Positions 39,283 to 52,076 of a DNA stretch of 64,000 nucleotides are shown piece by piece. The first letter of the stretch is position 1. Every line of letters starts with the position of its first letter. Origin of the DNA: Bacteroidales bacterium (GTDB taxonomy: Bacteria > Bacteroidota > Bacteroidia > Bacteroidales > VadinHA17); the NCBI GenBank assembly GCA_050013475.1, contig JBEKFE010000016.1:5257-69256 (forward strand), in the 5' to 3' direction. The notes below the pieces were generated by a model that saw only the letters and a program-made list of their open reading frames with translations, made no database searches and was not told where the DNA came from. Both the position numbers and the translations under genes were made by a program.

Positions 39283-40626
39283 ATGGGCTATTTTTTTACT
39301 TCAGAATCGGTTTCGGAAGGGCACCCCGATAAGGTTGCCGATCAAATATCAGATGCGCTGCTCGATGAATTTCTTCGCTGGGACCCTGAGTCGAAGGTTG
39401 CTTGTGAAACATTTGTTACAACCGGCCTCGTAGTTTGCGGAGGCGAAGTGAGGACGGAAGGCTGGGTCGATGTTCAGGAAACTGCCCGCAGGGTCATCAG
39501 GAACATAGGCTATACCAAAGCCGAATACCGGTTCGATTGCGACTCATGCGGCGTCATCTCAACGATCCACGAACAGTCGAGCGATATCAATCGGGGTGTT
39601 GTGCGAGATAAACCCGAGGAACAGGGAGCCGGCGATCAGGGTATGATGTTCGGTTACGCCTCACGCGAAATGGATAATTATATGCCAATGAGCATTGATC
39701 TCGCTCATCTCCTTCTCCAGGAGCTGGCAGCTTTAAGGCGTGAAGGCAAAAAGATGAAATACCTGCGTCCCGACAGCAAGTCGCAGGTAACGATCGCTTA
39801 TGATGATAAGGGTAAACCCTTAAAAATTGATACCATCGTCATTAGTACACAGCATGATGAATTCATCACGGCTAAAAACAGATCGGCAAATGCTGAGAAA
39901 GCTGCAGAAAGAGCGATGCAGAAACAGATAAAGGATGATGTCCTCAGTATTCTGATCCCGAGAGTTAAGAAGGATCTGCCTTCAAGAATTCAGAAGCTCT
40001 TCACTTCAGAACTGAAGCTGCTGGTCAACCCCACAGGAAAATTTGTGATCGGCGGACCTCACGGAGATACAGGACTTACAGGACGAAAAATAATTGTCGA
40101 TACATATGGCGGCCATGGAGCACATGGCGGAGGCGCTTTCTCAGGGAAAGACTCTTCAAAAGTTGACAGGTCGGCAGCATATGCTGCACGTCATATTGCA
40201 AAGAACCTTGTGGCTGCAGGCGTATGCGAACAGGTACTGATACAGGTTGCTTATGCCATTGGCGTGGCTGAACCGGTAGGATTTAACGTGAATACTTTCG
40301 GAACAGCAAAGGTCAGGGACAGCAAAGGGAAAACAGTTACCGACGGTGTAATTTCAACGAAGGTCAGCAAACTGTTTGATATGCGCCCGTATGCAATTGT
40401 GAAGCGTTTCGGACTCAAAAATCCCATCTTCATACCGACAGCTTCTTACGGACATTTTGGTCGCAATCCTTATACTGCAAATATTGATGTCTACTATGAA
40501 GTACCGGGCAGCTCCCCGAAAAGCGTTAATGGCAACGGCAGGAAGGTCTGGCAGAAGAAGGTAGAATTCTTCACATGGGAGAAGCTCGATTATGTTGACA
40601 GGATAAAAAAGGAATTCAAATTATAA
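39283..40626 (+). CDS. metK: S-adenosylmethionine synthase
   Basis: [27 protein letters not shown] and GGGAFSGKD. 447 aa. Confidence 0.95.
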   Translation: MGYFFTSESVSEGHPDKVADQISDALLDEFLRWDPESKVACETFVTTGLVVCGGEVRTEGWVDVQETARRVIRNIGYTKAEYRFDCDSCGVISTIHEQSSDINRGVVRDKPEEQGAGDQGMMFGYASREMDNYMPMSIDLAHLLLQELAALRREGKKMKYLRPDSKSQVTIAYDDKGKPLKIDTIVISTQHDEFITAKNRSANAEKAAERAMQKQIKDDVLSILIPRVKKDLPSRIQKLFTSELKLLVNPTGKFVIGGPHGDTGLTGRKIIVDTYGGHGAHGGGAFSGKDSSKVDRSAAYAARHIAKNLVAAGVCEQVLIQVAYAIGVAEPVGFNVNTFGTAKVRDSKGKTVTDGVISTKVSKLFDMRPYAIVKRFGLKNPIFIPTASYGHFGRNPYTANIDVYYEVPGSSPKSVNGNGRKVWQKKVEFFTWEKLDYVDRIKKEFKL

Positions 40627-40629
40627 TAA

Positions 40630-41511
40630 ATGAACCTTCTTGATGAGATTAAAACCCGTGTCTTACTATCCGACGGCGCCTGGGGTACCTTTTTACAGGC
40701 AAAGGGACTGCAGCCGGGAGAGTGCCCTGAACTATGGAACCTCTCTCACAGGAAGGAAGTTCTGGACATAGCCCGTAGTTATGTGAAAGCCGGCTGCGAT
40801 ATCATTGAAACTAACAGCTTTGGTGCAACAGGCATCAAGCTTGGCAATTGGGGATTATCCGGTAAAGCTTCCGAAATAAACCGGGCCGCCGCAGAAATAT
40901 CAAGAGAAGCCGCCGGCAATAAGATCCATGTTGCTGGCTCGGTAGGACCTACCGGGAAGATGCTCCTTATGGGCGACATTACTGAATCTGAGCTTTACGA
41001 GACCTTCAGCGAACAATCAGTTGCCCTTGAAAAAGGGGGATCTGATATAATTATAGTTGAAACAATGTCGGCAATTGACGAGGCCTCCATAGCTGTAAAG
41101 GCTGCCAGGGAAAATACCGGCTGCATTGTAATTGCCACAATGACATTTTCTGTTAACCCGAAGGGAGAATACAGGACAATGATGGGCGTTTCACCGCAGG
41201 AGATGGTTGTTGCCATGAAGAACGCGGGTGCTCATGTTGTGGGATCGAACTGCGGGAACGGGATCGCACAGATGACGGGTATTGTAAAAGCCATCAGAAG
41301 CACAGACAGGGAGATACCTGTTATTATACAGGCAAATGCAGGACTTCCGGAGCTTATAGAAGGAAAGACAGTATATCGTGAATCGCCTGAGATAATGGCC
41401 TCTTATGTTGAAGAAATAATTGCTGCCGGAGCAAATATTATCGGTGGCTGCTGCGGAACCACACCGGAGCACATAAAAGCCATCGCGAAAAAAATCAAGG
41501 ACAATAATTAA
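40630..41511 (+). CDS. stand-alone homocysteine S-methyltransferase domain protein
   Basis: 293 aa with a Pfam S-methyl_trans-type barrel and the zinc cysteines ([16 protein letters not shown]). It has no pterin or B12 domains. Confidence 0.8.
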   Translation: MNLLDEIKTRVLLSDGAWGTFLQAKGLQPGECPELWNLSHRKEVLDIARSYVKAGCDIIETNSFGATGIKLGNWGLSGKASEINRAAAEISREAAGNKIHVAGSVGPTGKMLLMGDITESELYETFSEQSVALEKGGSDIIIVETMSAIDEASIAVKAARENTGCIVIATMTFSVNPKGEYRTMMGVSPQEMVVAMKNAGAHVVGSNCGNGIAQMTGIVKAIRSTDREIPVIIQANAGLPELIEGKTVYRESPEIMASYVEEIIAAGANIIGGCCGTTPEHIKAIAKKIKDNN

Positions 41512-41540
41512 TTTATATATTTCTTAGATATTACCTTTCT

Positions 41541-41598
41541 GAGGGGGTGAGTGGGTGATGGGGTGATGGGGTGATTGTTATCCTGGTCTCCCCCTCTC
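41541..41598. repeat. 8-nt stutter repeat with inverted flank
   Basis: The units are gagggggt gagtgggt gatggggt gatggggt gattgtta. The downstream tctccccctc is complementary to the first unit. Confidence 0.6.
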
Positions 41599-41603
41599 TT
41601 TCT

Positions 41604-42557
41604 TTAAAAGGAAGCCTTTACGATCCTGGCGATATTATCGGATCTTCCGAGAGTATAGTAATGTATGCCGGGAACACCAAGCCTGATAAGCTCCTTTGAC
41701 TGGGCAGTTGCCCATTCGATCCCCACCTCCCTTGCCTCCTTGTCGCTCTTGCATTTTCTCACCGCTACAAAGAGATCATTCGGCAGATCAATATGGAAGG
41801 TTTGCGGGAGAAGGTTTATATCATTGAGCGCTGAAATAGGCTTTATACCCGGGATTATCGGAATATTGATGCCGTTCTTTGCACATTCATCACGGAAACG
41901 GCAGAACCGGTTGTTGTCGAAGAACATCTGTGTGACTATATAATGAGCTCCCGCATCCACCTTCTTTTTAAGATGTTCCAGATCGACCTGCCTGTTGGGG
42001 GCTTCAAAATGCTTCTCCGGGTAACCGGCCACGCCAATACAGAAAGAGGTCGGTTCGGCATTTTCAAGAGTCTCTTCGAGATATTTGCCCCTGTTCATTT
42101 CGGCGATCTGCTGGACCAGCTCAAATGTGTTCTGATGACCGTTCTTCTCTGCAATGAATGATCTACTCCCCTTCTGCGGATCTCCCCTCAGTGCCAGCAC
42201 ATCGTTTATTCCCAGGAATTTCATCTCTATGAGCACATTCTCTGTCTCCTCTTTCGTGAACCCCCCGCACAATACATGAGGGACCACAGGAATATTGTAT
42301 TTATATTTAACAGCCGCGGCCAGTGCTATCGTGCCCGGGCGAAGTCTCACCACCTTCTTTTCAAGGAGCCCGTCGGGACGTTCCTTGTAAATTATCTCAT
42401 TGCGATGCGTGGTGAAATTTATATACGCAGGCTGAAATTCTATAAGCCTGTCGATCGCTGTGTAAATTCTTTCGATGCTGTGCCCCTTGAGCGGCGGCAA
42501 AAGCTCAAATGTGAACAACGGCCCCTTTGCGCTATTAATTGATTCAATTACACTCAT
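41604..42557 (-). CDS. metF: methylenetetrahydrofolate reductase
   Basis: 317 aa. SFELLPP-like FELLPPLKG and the LRGDP motif (ALRGDPQKG) are typical of MetF. Confidence 0.9.
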   Translation of the reverse strand: MSVIESINSAKGPLFTFELLPPLKGHSIERIYTAIDRLIEFQPAYINFTTHRNEIIYKERPDGLLEKKVVRLRPGTIALAAAVKYKYNIPVVPHVLCGGFTKEETENVLIEMKFLGINDVLALRGDPQKGSRSFIAEKNGHQNTFELVQQIAEMNRGKYLEETLENAEPTSFCIGVAGYPEKHFEAPNRQVDLEHLKKKVDAGAHYIVTQMFFDNNRFCRFRDECAKNGINIPIIPGIKPISALNDINLLPQTFHIDLPNDLFVAVRKCKSDKEAREVGIEWATAQSKELIRLGVPGIHYYTLGRSDNIARIVKASF

Positions 42558-42567
42558 TTTCTAAAGT

Positions 42568-45500
42568 TCAGATATTTTGTGAAAGCCATCTTTCGGCCTC
42601 CTTGTATGTCATCTTCTTCCTGCCGGCATACTCTTTCAGCTGGTCATCTCCAATTTTTCCCAGGTTGAAATAAGTTGATCCGGGATGTGAAAAAACGTAA
42701 GCGCTGACAGACGAAACAGGAACCATGGCATAATTCTCAGTAAGCGTCACTCCTGCATTCTTCTCTGCATCCAGCAAGTCAAAAATAGTTCTTTTCTCGG
42801 TATGATCGGGACAGGCCGGGTACCCTGGCGCAGGACGGATCCCCCTGAAGGCATTCCTGAAAAGATCCTCAGGCTGGAGTTTTTCATCCGGTGAATATCC
42901 CCAGTATTCCTTACGGATCTTCTCGTGCAGAAGCTCAGCGGCAGCCTCGGCTATCCTGTCGCCAAGGATCCTTATAATGAAGTTTGCATAATCATCACTG
43001 GCGTACTGCTTCATCTTCTCCTCGTCAATGTCAGCGGCAACGACAAATGCTCCTATATGATCATCAGCTCCTGACGATTCAGGTGCAATAAAATCCGAAA
43101 GACACAGGTTTGGTTTCCCCTTCTCTTTCACCTCCTGGTTCCTGAGGAATCTGAGAGTGACAGTAACTTCCTTTTCTTTCCCCCGGGTGCGAACAAGTAC
43201 ATCATCATCTGAAGATGCTGCAGGAAAAAGTCCGAAAACACCCCTCGATCTGATGATCCGTCCCTTCTTTATATCCCCCAGGTATTTCTGAGCATCATCG
43301 AATAATTTCCTTGCCTCTTCACCCTTGACAGGGTCATTGAAAATTGCCGGATATTTTCCATTTAATTTCCATGCAAAAAAGAAGAATGTCCAGTCGATAT
43401 ATTTTTCTATCTCTGAAAGATCAAATTCTTTAATGATATGAACCCCCGGCTTTAAAGGTTTTGCAGGCACATATGACTGCCAGTCTGTAACCAGCCTGTT
43501 CTCCCTGGCCTTTTCAAGCGTGAGAAGGCTTCTTGATCTCTGCACAGCATTGTGCTCAACTCTCAGCCTTTCATATTTTTCAGATACTCCTGATGCAAAC
43601 TTCCCGGTTTTATCACGATCAAAAAGTCCCGCCAGCACACCTGCCGTTTTTGATGCATCCTTAACATAGACCACAGGTTGTGAGTAGGCAGGAGCTATCT
43701 TAACGGCAGTATGGATCTCCGATGTGGTGGCGCCTCCGATCAGGAGAGGCAGCTTCATGTTTCGCCTCTGCATCTCCGAAGCAACATGTACCATCTCTTC
43801 AAGCGAAGGTGTTATAAGTCCGCTCAGACCTACGAAATCGACTTTCTCCTGTATCGCGGTGTCGATTATCCTGTCGGCAGGAACCATTACTCCCAGGTCT
43901 ATTACCTCGTAATTGTTACAGGAAAGCACAACTCCCACAATATTCTTCCCGATATCATGGACATCACCCTTCACCGTTGCAAGCAAAACTTTGCCCGCGT
44001 TGCTTTTACCCGTTCCTTCATTTTCCAGTTCAATATAGGGAGTAAGTTTTGCCACGGCCTTCTTCATCACCCTTGCGGTCTTCACAACCTGAGGCAGGAA
44101 CATCTTCCCGGCGCCAAAGAGGTCGCCGACCTCATTCATCCCCTCCATAAGAGGTCCCTCGATGATGTTTATTGCTTTTGGGTAATGCTGCCTGGCCTCT
44201 TCGACATCCTGCTCGATGAATTCATCAAAACCCCTGATCAGGGAATGCTTTATCCTTTCAAGGAGCGGCATGTTCCTCCACTCATTTACCTTTTCCTCTT
44301 TTTTGTCTTTCTGCTTCAGCCCTTCTGCAAATTTCACCAGCCGCTCGGTGGAATCCTTCCTCCTGTTCAGCACAACATCCTCGGTAAGCTGCAGTAGGTC
44401 GGGTGGTATCTCGCTGTAAACCTGCAGCATCCCGGCATTCACAATTGCCATGTCGAGGCCTGCCTTTATAGCATGAAAAAGAAATACCGAGTGCATTACT
44501 TCCCTTACCGGATCTGTCCCCCTGAACGAAAACGAAAGGTTGCTGATACCCCCGCTCACTTTGGCATAAGGGAGGTTTTGCTTTATCCATTCGGCAGCCC
44601 TGATGAAGTTAACGGCATAATTGTTATGCTCCTCGATGCCGGTAGCAATAGCCAGTACATTTGGATCGAATATTATATCCTCGGGAGGAAAACTGCCTTT
44701 TTCTGTAAGAAGCCTGTACGACCTGGAAGCAACCTCGATCCTTCGCTCGAAGGTGTCTGCCTGTCCCTTCTCGTCAAAAAGCATGACAACAGCCGCTGCC
44801 CCGTACTTCCTGACTTTTTTTGCATGCTCCAGGAATTTCCCCTCACCCTCTTTCAGGCTAATCGAATTAACGACCGATTTTCCCTGAATGCATTTAAGGG
44901 CAGACTCAATAACAGCCCATCTCGATGAGTCGATCATCAGAGGCAGCCTGGCAATATCAGGTTCCGACATCACAAGATTTACGAACTTCACCATTGCTTT
45001 TTCGGAATCGAGCATAGCCTCGTCCATGCAGATATCGATCACCTGTGCGCCTCCCTCTACCTGGGTTCTTGCCACGGCAAGCGCCTCAGCATAATTCTCA
45101 TCGCGTATGAGCCTGGCAAACTTAATCGACCCTGAAACATTTGTCCGTTCGCCTATATTTACAAAGTTCGTCTCAGGAGTGATCACAAGAGGTTCAAGCC
45201 CGCTGAGCCGTGTATATTTTTTTATTTCCGGTATAATTCTTGGTTCATAGTCTCCTGCTGCGGCTGCGATCGCTTTTATATGGGCAGGAGTGGTGCCGCA
45301 GCATCCCCCGATGATATTGACCCATCCATTTTTCATAAACTCACTCACGACTGATGTCATGAATTCCGCCGACTGGTCATACTCTCCGAACTGGTTGGGA
45401 AGACCGGCATTGGGATGAACCGAAACATAAAAGCTGCTCTTTGCCGAAAGCTCTTCAATGAATGGCCTGAGCTGTTCAGCTCCGAGTGCACAGTTGAGTC

Positions 45501-46221
45501 CAAGGCTGAACAGCGGAAAATGCGAAACAGATATCATAAAGGCCTCGAGAGTCTGCCCGGTAAGAGTTCTTCCGCTAGCATCGGTAATTGTTCCGGATAC
45601 CATCACCGGCAGCCTGATTCCCTTTTCCCCGAATACAGTATCTATTGCAAACAATGCAGCCTTGCAGTTCAGAACATCAAAGATCGTCTCCACGAGCAGC
45701 AGGTTCACGCCACCGTCGATCAGGCCCCTGGCCTGCTCAGAGTAAGCTTCCGTCAGGTCGTCAAACGAAACCGAGCGGGCACCCGGATCGCTTACATCCG
45801 ACGACATAGAGGCTGTTTTGTTTGTGGGACCGAGTGTCCCTGTAACAAAATGACCCTTCGTGCCTGTCCTTGCTTCGTATTCCTCAACGGCGGAGATCGC
45901 AATTCTGGCTGCATGCAGATTAAGCTCATAAACAAGATCTTCCATCCCGTAATCGGCCATGGAGACCCTGTTGGAGTTGAAGGTGTTGGTTGTAATAATA
46001 TCAGCGCCTGCCTCAAGGTACCCGGTGTGTATTGACCTGATGATCTCGGGTTGTGTAAGTACGAGAAGATCATTATTTCCCTTAAGCGACCTGGGGTGAT
46101 CCTTAAAACGATCGCCCCGGAACTGCTCCTCCGAAAGCCTGTGCTTCTGGATCATGGTCCCCATCGCCCCATCGAGGATAAGGATCCGCTGTTTTACAAT
46201 ATCTTCAATTTGATTTTTCAA
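42568..46221 (-). CDS. metH: cobalamin-dependent methionine synthase (full length)
   Basis: 1217 aa. It has the Hcy domain ([11 protein letters not shown]), a pterin-binding domain, the B12 motif GDVHDIGKN and a C-terminal reactivation domain. Confidence 0.95.
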   Translation of the reverse strand: MKNQIEDIVKQRILILDGAMGTMIQKHRLSEEQFRGDRFKDHPRSLKGNNDLLVLTQPEIIRSIHTGYLEAGADIITTNTFNSNRVSMADYGMEDLVYELNLHAARIAISAVEEYEARTGTKGHFVTGTLGPTNKTASMSSDVSDPGARSVSFDDLTEAYSEQARGLIDGGVNLLLVETIFDVLNCKAALFAIDTVFGEKGIRLPVMVSGTITDASGRTLTGQTLEAFMISVSHFPLFSLGLNCALGAEQLRPFIEELSAKSSFYVSVHPNAGLPNQFGEYDQSAEFMTSVVSEFMKNGWVNIIGGCCGTTPAHIKAIAAAAGDYEPRIIPEIKKYTRLSGLEPLVITPETNFVNIGERTNVSGSIKFARLIRDENYAEALAVARTQVEGGAQVIDICMDEAMLDSEKAMVKFVNLVMSEPDIARLPLMIDSSRWAVIESALKCIQGKSVVNSISLKEGEGKFLEHAKKVRKYGAAAVVMLFDEKGQADTFERRIEVASRSYRLLTEKGSFPPEDIIFDPNVLAIATGIEEHNNYAVNFIRAAEWIKQNLPYAKVSGGISNLSFSFRGTDPVREVMHSVFLFHAIKAGLDMAIVNAGMLQVYSEIPPDLLQLTEDVVLNRRKDSTERLVKFAEGLKQKDKKEEKVNEWRNMPLLERIKHSLIRGFDEFIEQDVEEARQHYPKAINIIEGPLMEGMNEVGDLFGAGKMFLPQVVKTARVMKKAVAKLTPYIELENEGTGKSNAGKVLLATVKGDVHDIGKNIVGVVLSCNNYEVIDLGVMVPADRIIDTAIQEKVDFVGLSGLITPSLEEMVHVASEMQRRNMKLPLLIGGATTSEIHTAVKIAPAYSQPVVYVKDASKTAGVLAGLFDRDKTGKFASGVSEKYERLRVEHNAVQRSRSLLTLEKARENRLVTDWQSYVPAKPLKPGVHIIKEFDLSEIEKYIDWTFFFFAWKLNGKYPAIFNDPVKGEEARKLFDDAQKYLGDIKKGRIIRSRGVFGLFPAASSDDDVLVRTRGKEKEVTVTLRFLRNQEVKEKGKPNLCLSDFIAPESSGADDHIGAFVVAADIDEEKMKQYASDDYANFIIRILGDRIAEAAAELLHEKIRKEYWGYSPDEKLQPEDLFRNAFRGIRPAPGYPACPDHTEKRTIFDLLDAEKNAGVTLTENYAMVPVSSVSAYVFSHPGSTYFNLGKIGDDQLKEYAGRKKMTYKEAERWLSQNI

Positions 46222-46257
46222 GATAACATAATTTTCTGCTTGTATATTTCTGCCCCC

Positions 46258-46363
46258 GGGCCTGATATTAAACGTCAGGCCCTGCCCCCTAAAGGGGGCC
46301 TAGTACACGAATAATAACCGGAATCCCGGCTGAAACTCGTGAATTAGCCCCCCTTTAGGGGGG
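46258..46363. repeat. C-run/G-run mini-hairpin cluster between hom and metH
   Basis: Hairpins are gggcctga..tcaggccc (46258-46282), gccccctaaagggggc (46284-46299), ccggaatcccgg and cccccctttagggggg (46348-46363). The second and fourth are inverted copies of each other. Confidence 0.65.
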
Positions 46364-47575
46364 ATGGGGGGCGGCTTTTTTAAATTTCCTCCCTGTATTC
46401 ACTATAAAAACATCCATGCCGGGGAGCTGTTCTCTAAGTTCGTAGAGTCTTTCGAGATTGACCACCCCGATAACATAGTTGCAAATCTTGCTGCTAAAGT
46501 ATTCTGAGACTTCCTCAAATCCAAATAATTCCCTGTCCTTCTCGTCCCTGTACCTCAAATATATCTCAAGCCTGTGGTTGCGGGTATAATTCTGTACTGT
46601 GCCCTGCTGGTACTTCTTGTATTCGTACCTGTAACCGTACGAATTAGCTGAGATATCAGAAAGCACTGCACTTCCAGTTGCATGGCCTCCGGCACCCTTG
46701 CCCGAAAAGAACTGCTTGTCGGCAAATGCCGCCTCAGCAATCACTCCGTTATATTCATTATCGACATTATAGAGGTATTTATCAGAAGAGATGAACCGTG
46801 GAAGAACAAAGCTTGTGATCGTATTCTCATTGGTTTTCCCCACGAAGGGAACAAGCTTGATCTTGAATCCTTTCTCCTTCGAATACTTAATATCAAATTT
46901 TGATATCGTTTTTATTCCGTAGTGAAAAACCTCTTCAGGTTCAAGAAATAGTCCATATGCATGCCCTGTTATGATGCAGAGCTTGAATTTTGCGTCATAT
47001 CCTTCAACATCGAGTGTCGGGTCCGATTCTGCAAATCCCTTGTCGATGGTTTCCCTCAAGGCTTGCGAATAAGGCATTCCCTCGTTATGCATCCTTGTCA
47101 GGATATAATTTGTTGAACCGTTAAGGATTCCCCTGAGAGAATAAAGAAGCTCATTGTCGTAGTATTCCTCGAGATTCCTGATGATAGGTATACTGGCGCC
47201 TGCCGAGGCTTCATAAAGTAATGAGACTTTGTATTTCTGCTGCAGATCAACCAGTTCCCTGAAGTGGTTTGCGATCATCCTCTTATTGGCAGTCACCACA
47301 TTTTTTCCCCTGCTCATGGCTTCACTTACAATATTGAAGGCCTCATCATGGTCATCGATAAGCTCAACAACGAGGTTTATGGATTCATCGTTGAGTATAT
47401 CATTTTTGTCAAAGGTAAAGTTTGACATCGCGATCCTTCTCTTTTTTGTACGGTCCTTTACACAGATCCTTACAATGTCGGCCTTGAATCCGCTGCTGCT
47501 GTTCAGCACATCATGGAGACCCTGTCCCACGCAGCCGTATCCGAATAATCCAATTCTAAGTTTATCTCTTGTCAT
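46355..47575 (-). CDS. hom: homoserine dehydrogenase
   Basis: NAD-binding N-terminus IGLFGYGCVGQG, a catalytic domain and an ACT-like C-terminus. It sits between metX and metH. Confidence 0.85.
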   Translation of the reverse strand: MTRDKLRIGLFGYGCVGQGLHDVLNSSSGFKADIVRICVKDRTKKRRIAMSNFTFDKNDILNDESINLVVELIDDHDEAFNIVSEAMSRGKNVVTANKRMIANHFRELVDLQQKYKVSLLYEASAGASIPIIRNLEEYYDNELLYSLRGILNGSTNYILTRMHNEGMPYSQALRETIDKGFAESDPTLDVEGYDAKFKLCIITGHAYGLFLEPEEVFHYGIKTISKFDIKYSKEKGFKIKLVPFVGKTNENTITSFVLPRFISSDKYLYNVDNEYNGVIAEAAFADKQFFSGKGAGGHATGSAVLSDISANSYGYRYEYKKYQQGTVQNYTRNHRLEIYLRYRDEKDRELFGFEEVSEYFSSKICNYVIGVVNLERLYELREQLPGMDVFIVNTGRKFKKAAPHPP

Positions 47576-47582
47576 TTGATTT

Positions 47583-49939
<2,357 letters not shown>

Positions 49940-50103
49940 TTATTGATTAAAATAATAAATCCGTCTGCCGGGGCGATCGCCTCCCCGGTCCGTACAGGAG
50001 ACAGGATTAGCAGTGGATCATTGCATGCACATGCACATAGGCATGAGCGGCATGATGAAATTGTTGTGAGTCAGATGAATTGAATTCATTGTTTCCGTGT
50101 TTA

Positions 50104-50218
50104 TTTTTATCATCTCCCGGATTTTCCCCGGGATTAGGTTTTGGCACCTTTATCACTTATCAGGCGATGGGTTGCCAGGGTTTCTCAGAGCCTAATCTCT
50201 CCGCCCTTCTTAATAAAA
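50104..50218 (-). promoter_or_regulatory. SAM-I (S-box) riboswitch aptamer upstream of metY
   Basis: The minus-strand RNA is UUAUUAAGAAGGGCGGAGAGAUUAGGCUCUGAGAAACCCUGGCAACCCAUCGCCUGAUAAGUGAUAAAGGUGCCAAAACCUAAUCCCGGGGAAAAUCCGGGAGAUGAUAA. P1 (UUAUUA/UGAUAA), the GGCGGAG kink-turn region, the CCCUGGCAACC junction and GGUGCCAA all match the S-box consensus. Confidence 0.85.
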
Positions 50219-50370
50219 CCAAACACCTTTCGAATGGAAAGAATATTTGATCAGTGGGTGCAAAAATAATGAAGTTTTTTTAAATTCCAAAAAAAACAGC
50301 CCCCAACTCCCTAATAAGAAGTTTTATATTAATAATATTAGCTTTTTATAGTGTAAAATGGATTTTTTCT

Positions 50371-50507
50371 AACCGCAGAGAACGCAGGGTCATGGCGTTC
50401 GCCGTGAAACGCGGAGAGCGCAGAGTGTATAAATCCTATAAAGCTTTTTCTCTGCGACCTCTGCGTTTCCCGATGGAAATCGGGACTTTGCGGCCCCTGC
50501 GGTTAAA
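50371..50507. repeat. ORF-less word-stutter palindromic element (CGCAGAG word type)
   Basis: Left arm: aaccgcagagaacgcagggtcatggcgttcgccgtgaaacgcggagagcgcagagtg. Spacer: 22 nt. Right arm: ctctgcgacctctgcgtttcccgatggaaatcgggactttgcggcccctgcggttaaa. The arms are mutually complementary and each has an internal mini-hairpin. Confidence 0.7.
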
Positions 50508-50589
50508 TCTTCATACCCAAACCTACCGCCTATAATTTAAATCACAAATTCAAATTATCATTAACTTTGCTGATCCAACTTTTCCGACA

Positions 50590-52062
50590 ATGCAAAACGA
50601 ACTTTTTATATACAACAGCCTTACAAGAAAGAAAGAGGAGTTCAAACCCCTTAACCCGCCTTTTGTGGGAATGTACGTGTGCGGTCCTACGGTCTACAGC
50701 GATCCGCACCTCGGGCATGCACGTCCGGCGGTGATCTTTGATCTGCTCTACAGGTACCTTCTGCACCTTGGATATAAAGTACGGTACGTAAGGAATATTA
50801 CGGATGTCGGTCACCTGCAGGATGAGACAGCCGATGCCGGTGAGGACAAGATCGAAAAAAAGGCCAGGCAGGAACATCTGGAGCCGATGGAGGTGGTTCA
50901 GAAATATCTCAATACATATCACCGCAATATGAATCAGCTCAATCTGCTGCAGCCTTCGATCGAACCCCGCGCAACCGGACATATCATTGAGCAGGTGGAG
51001 ATGATCAAGGTGCTTATTGAAAAAGGTTATGCGTATGAGTCGAACGGTTCGGTCTATTTCGATGTTCCCGAATACAATAAGAAATATAACTATGGCAAGC
51101 TGTCCGGCAGGGTACTTGAGGAGCTGCAGGTAAATACAAGGAATCTTGAGGGGCAGGATGAGAAGAAGCATCCCTTCGATTTCGCACTCTGGAAAAAAGC
51201 GCCTCCCGAACATATAATGAACTGGCCCTCTCCCTGGAGCCGCGGTTTCCCGGGATGGCACCTCGAGTGCTCGGCAATGAGTATAAAATATCTTGGCGAT
51301 ATCTTCGATATCCATGGTGGCGGGATGGACCTTCAGTTCCCACATCACGAGTGCGAGATAGCTCAGTCGACAGTTGCGCTCGGTCATGAATCGGTCCGAT
51401 ACTGGATACATAACAATATGATCACTATCAACGGGCAGAAAATGGCCAGGTCCCTCGGCAATTTCATAACTCTCGATGAGTTGTTCAACGGAAAGCATAA
51501 TCTGCTGACACGGCCCTACAGTCCAATGACCATCAGGTTTTTCATACTTCAGGCCCACTATCGCAGTACAATAGATTTCTCTAATGAAGCCCTGCAAGCC
51601 GCAGAAAAGGGTCTTTCGAGACTATTGAAGGGAGCCGAAACACTGAAGAAGATCCCGGTCTCAGTCAAATCTACGATCGATGTTGAGCTGCTCAGCTCCA
51701 AGCTCTACGAAGCGATCAACGACGATCTGAACAGTCCTGTCCTGCTTGCATTTCTTTTCGAGACAGTAAGGGTTATCAATTCGGCATACGAGGGTGATGA
51801 TACACTAAACAGCGATGATCTGAAAGTGCTCAGGGATCTCTTCAACACCTTTGTTTTTGATATACTCGGATTGAGGGACGAATCATCAGAACATCAGGAT
51901 ATGACCCTCACAGGGAACCTTATCAGGATGATCCTCGATTCGCGGCAGGAAGCCAAGAACAGGAAAGACTGGGCCACTTCCGACGCGATACGCGAGGAGC
52001 TCACCAGGCTCGGTATCACTATCAAGGACAGGAAAGACGGCACCGACTGGGAATTGAGCTAA
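50590..52062 (+). CDS. cysS: cysteine--tRNA ligase
   Basis: HIGH motif (DPHLGHARP) and KMSKS motif ([10 protein letters not shown]). 490 aa. Confidence 0.95.
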   Translation: MQNELFIYNSLTRKKEEFKPLNPPFVGMYVCGPTVYSDPHLGHARPAVIFDLLYRYLLHLGYKVRYVRNITDVGHLQDETADAGEDKIEKKARQEHLEPMEVVQKYLNTYHRNMNQLNLLQPSIEPRATGHIIEQVEMIKVLIEKGYAYESNGSVYFDVPEYNKKYNYGKLSGRVLEELQVNTRNLEGQDEKKHPFDFALWKKAPPEHIMNWPSPWSRGFPGWHLECSAMSIKYLGDIFDIHGGGMDLQFPHHECEIAQSTVALGHESVRYWIHNNMITINGQKMARSLGNFITLDELFNGKHNLLTRPYSPMTIRFFILQAHYRSTIDFSNEALQAAEKGLSRLLKGAETLKKIPVSVKSTIDVELLSSKLYEAINDDLNSPVLLAFLFETVRVINSAYEGDDTLNSDDLKVLRDLFNTFVFDILGLRDESSEHQDMTLTGNLIRMILDSRQEAKNRKDWATSDAIREELTRLGITIKDRKDGTDWELS

Positions 52063-52076
52063 GTCTAAGAGTTTAA

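Noticed and set aside
50542-51597. 351-aa ORF on the minus strand
   Set aside because: It lies entirely antisense to cysS, which has clear HIGH/KMSKS motifs. Its translation has no recognisable motif and a skewed, Leu/Ile/Arg-heavy composition typical of shadow ORFs.
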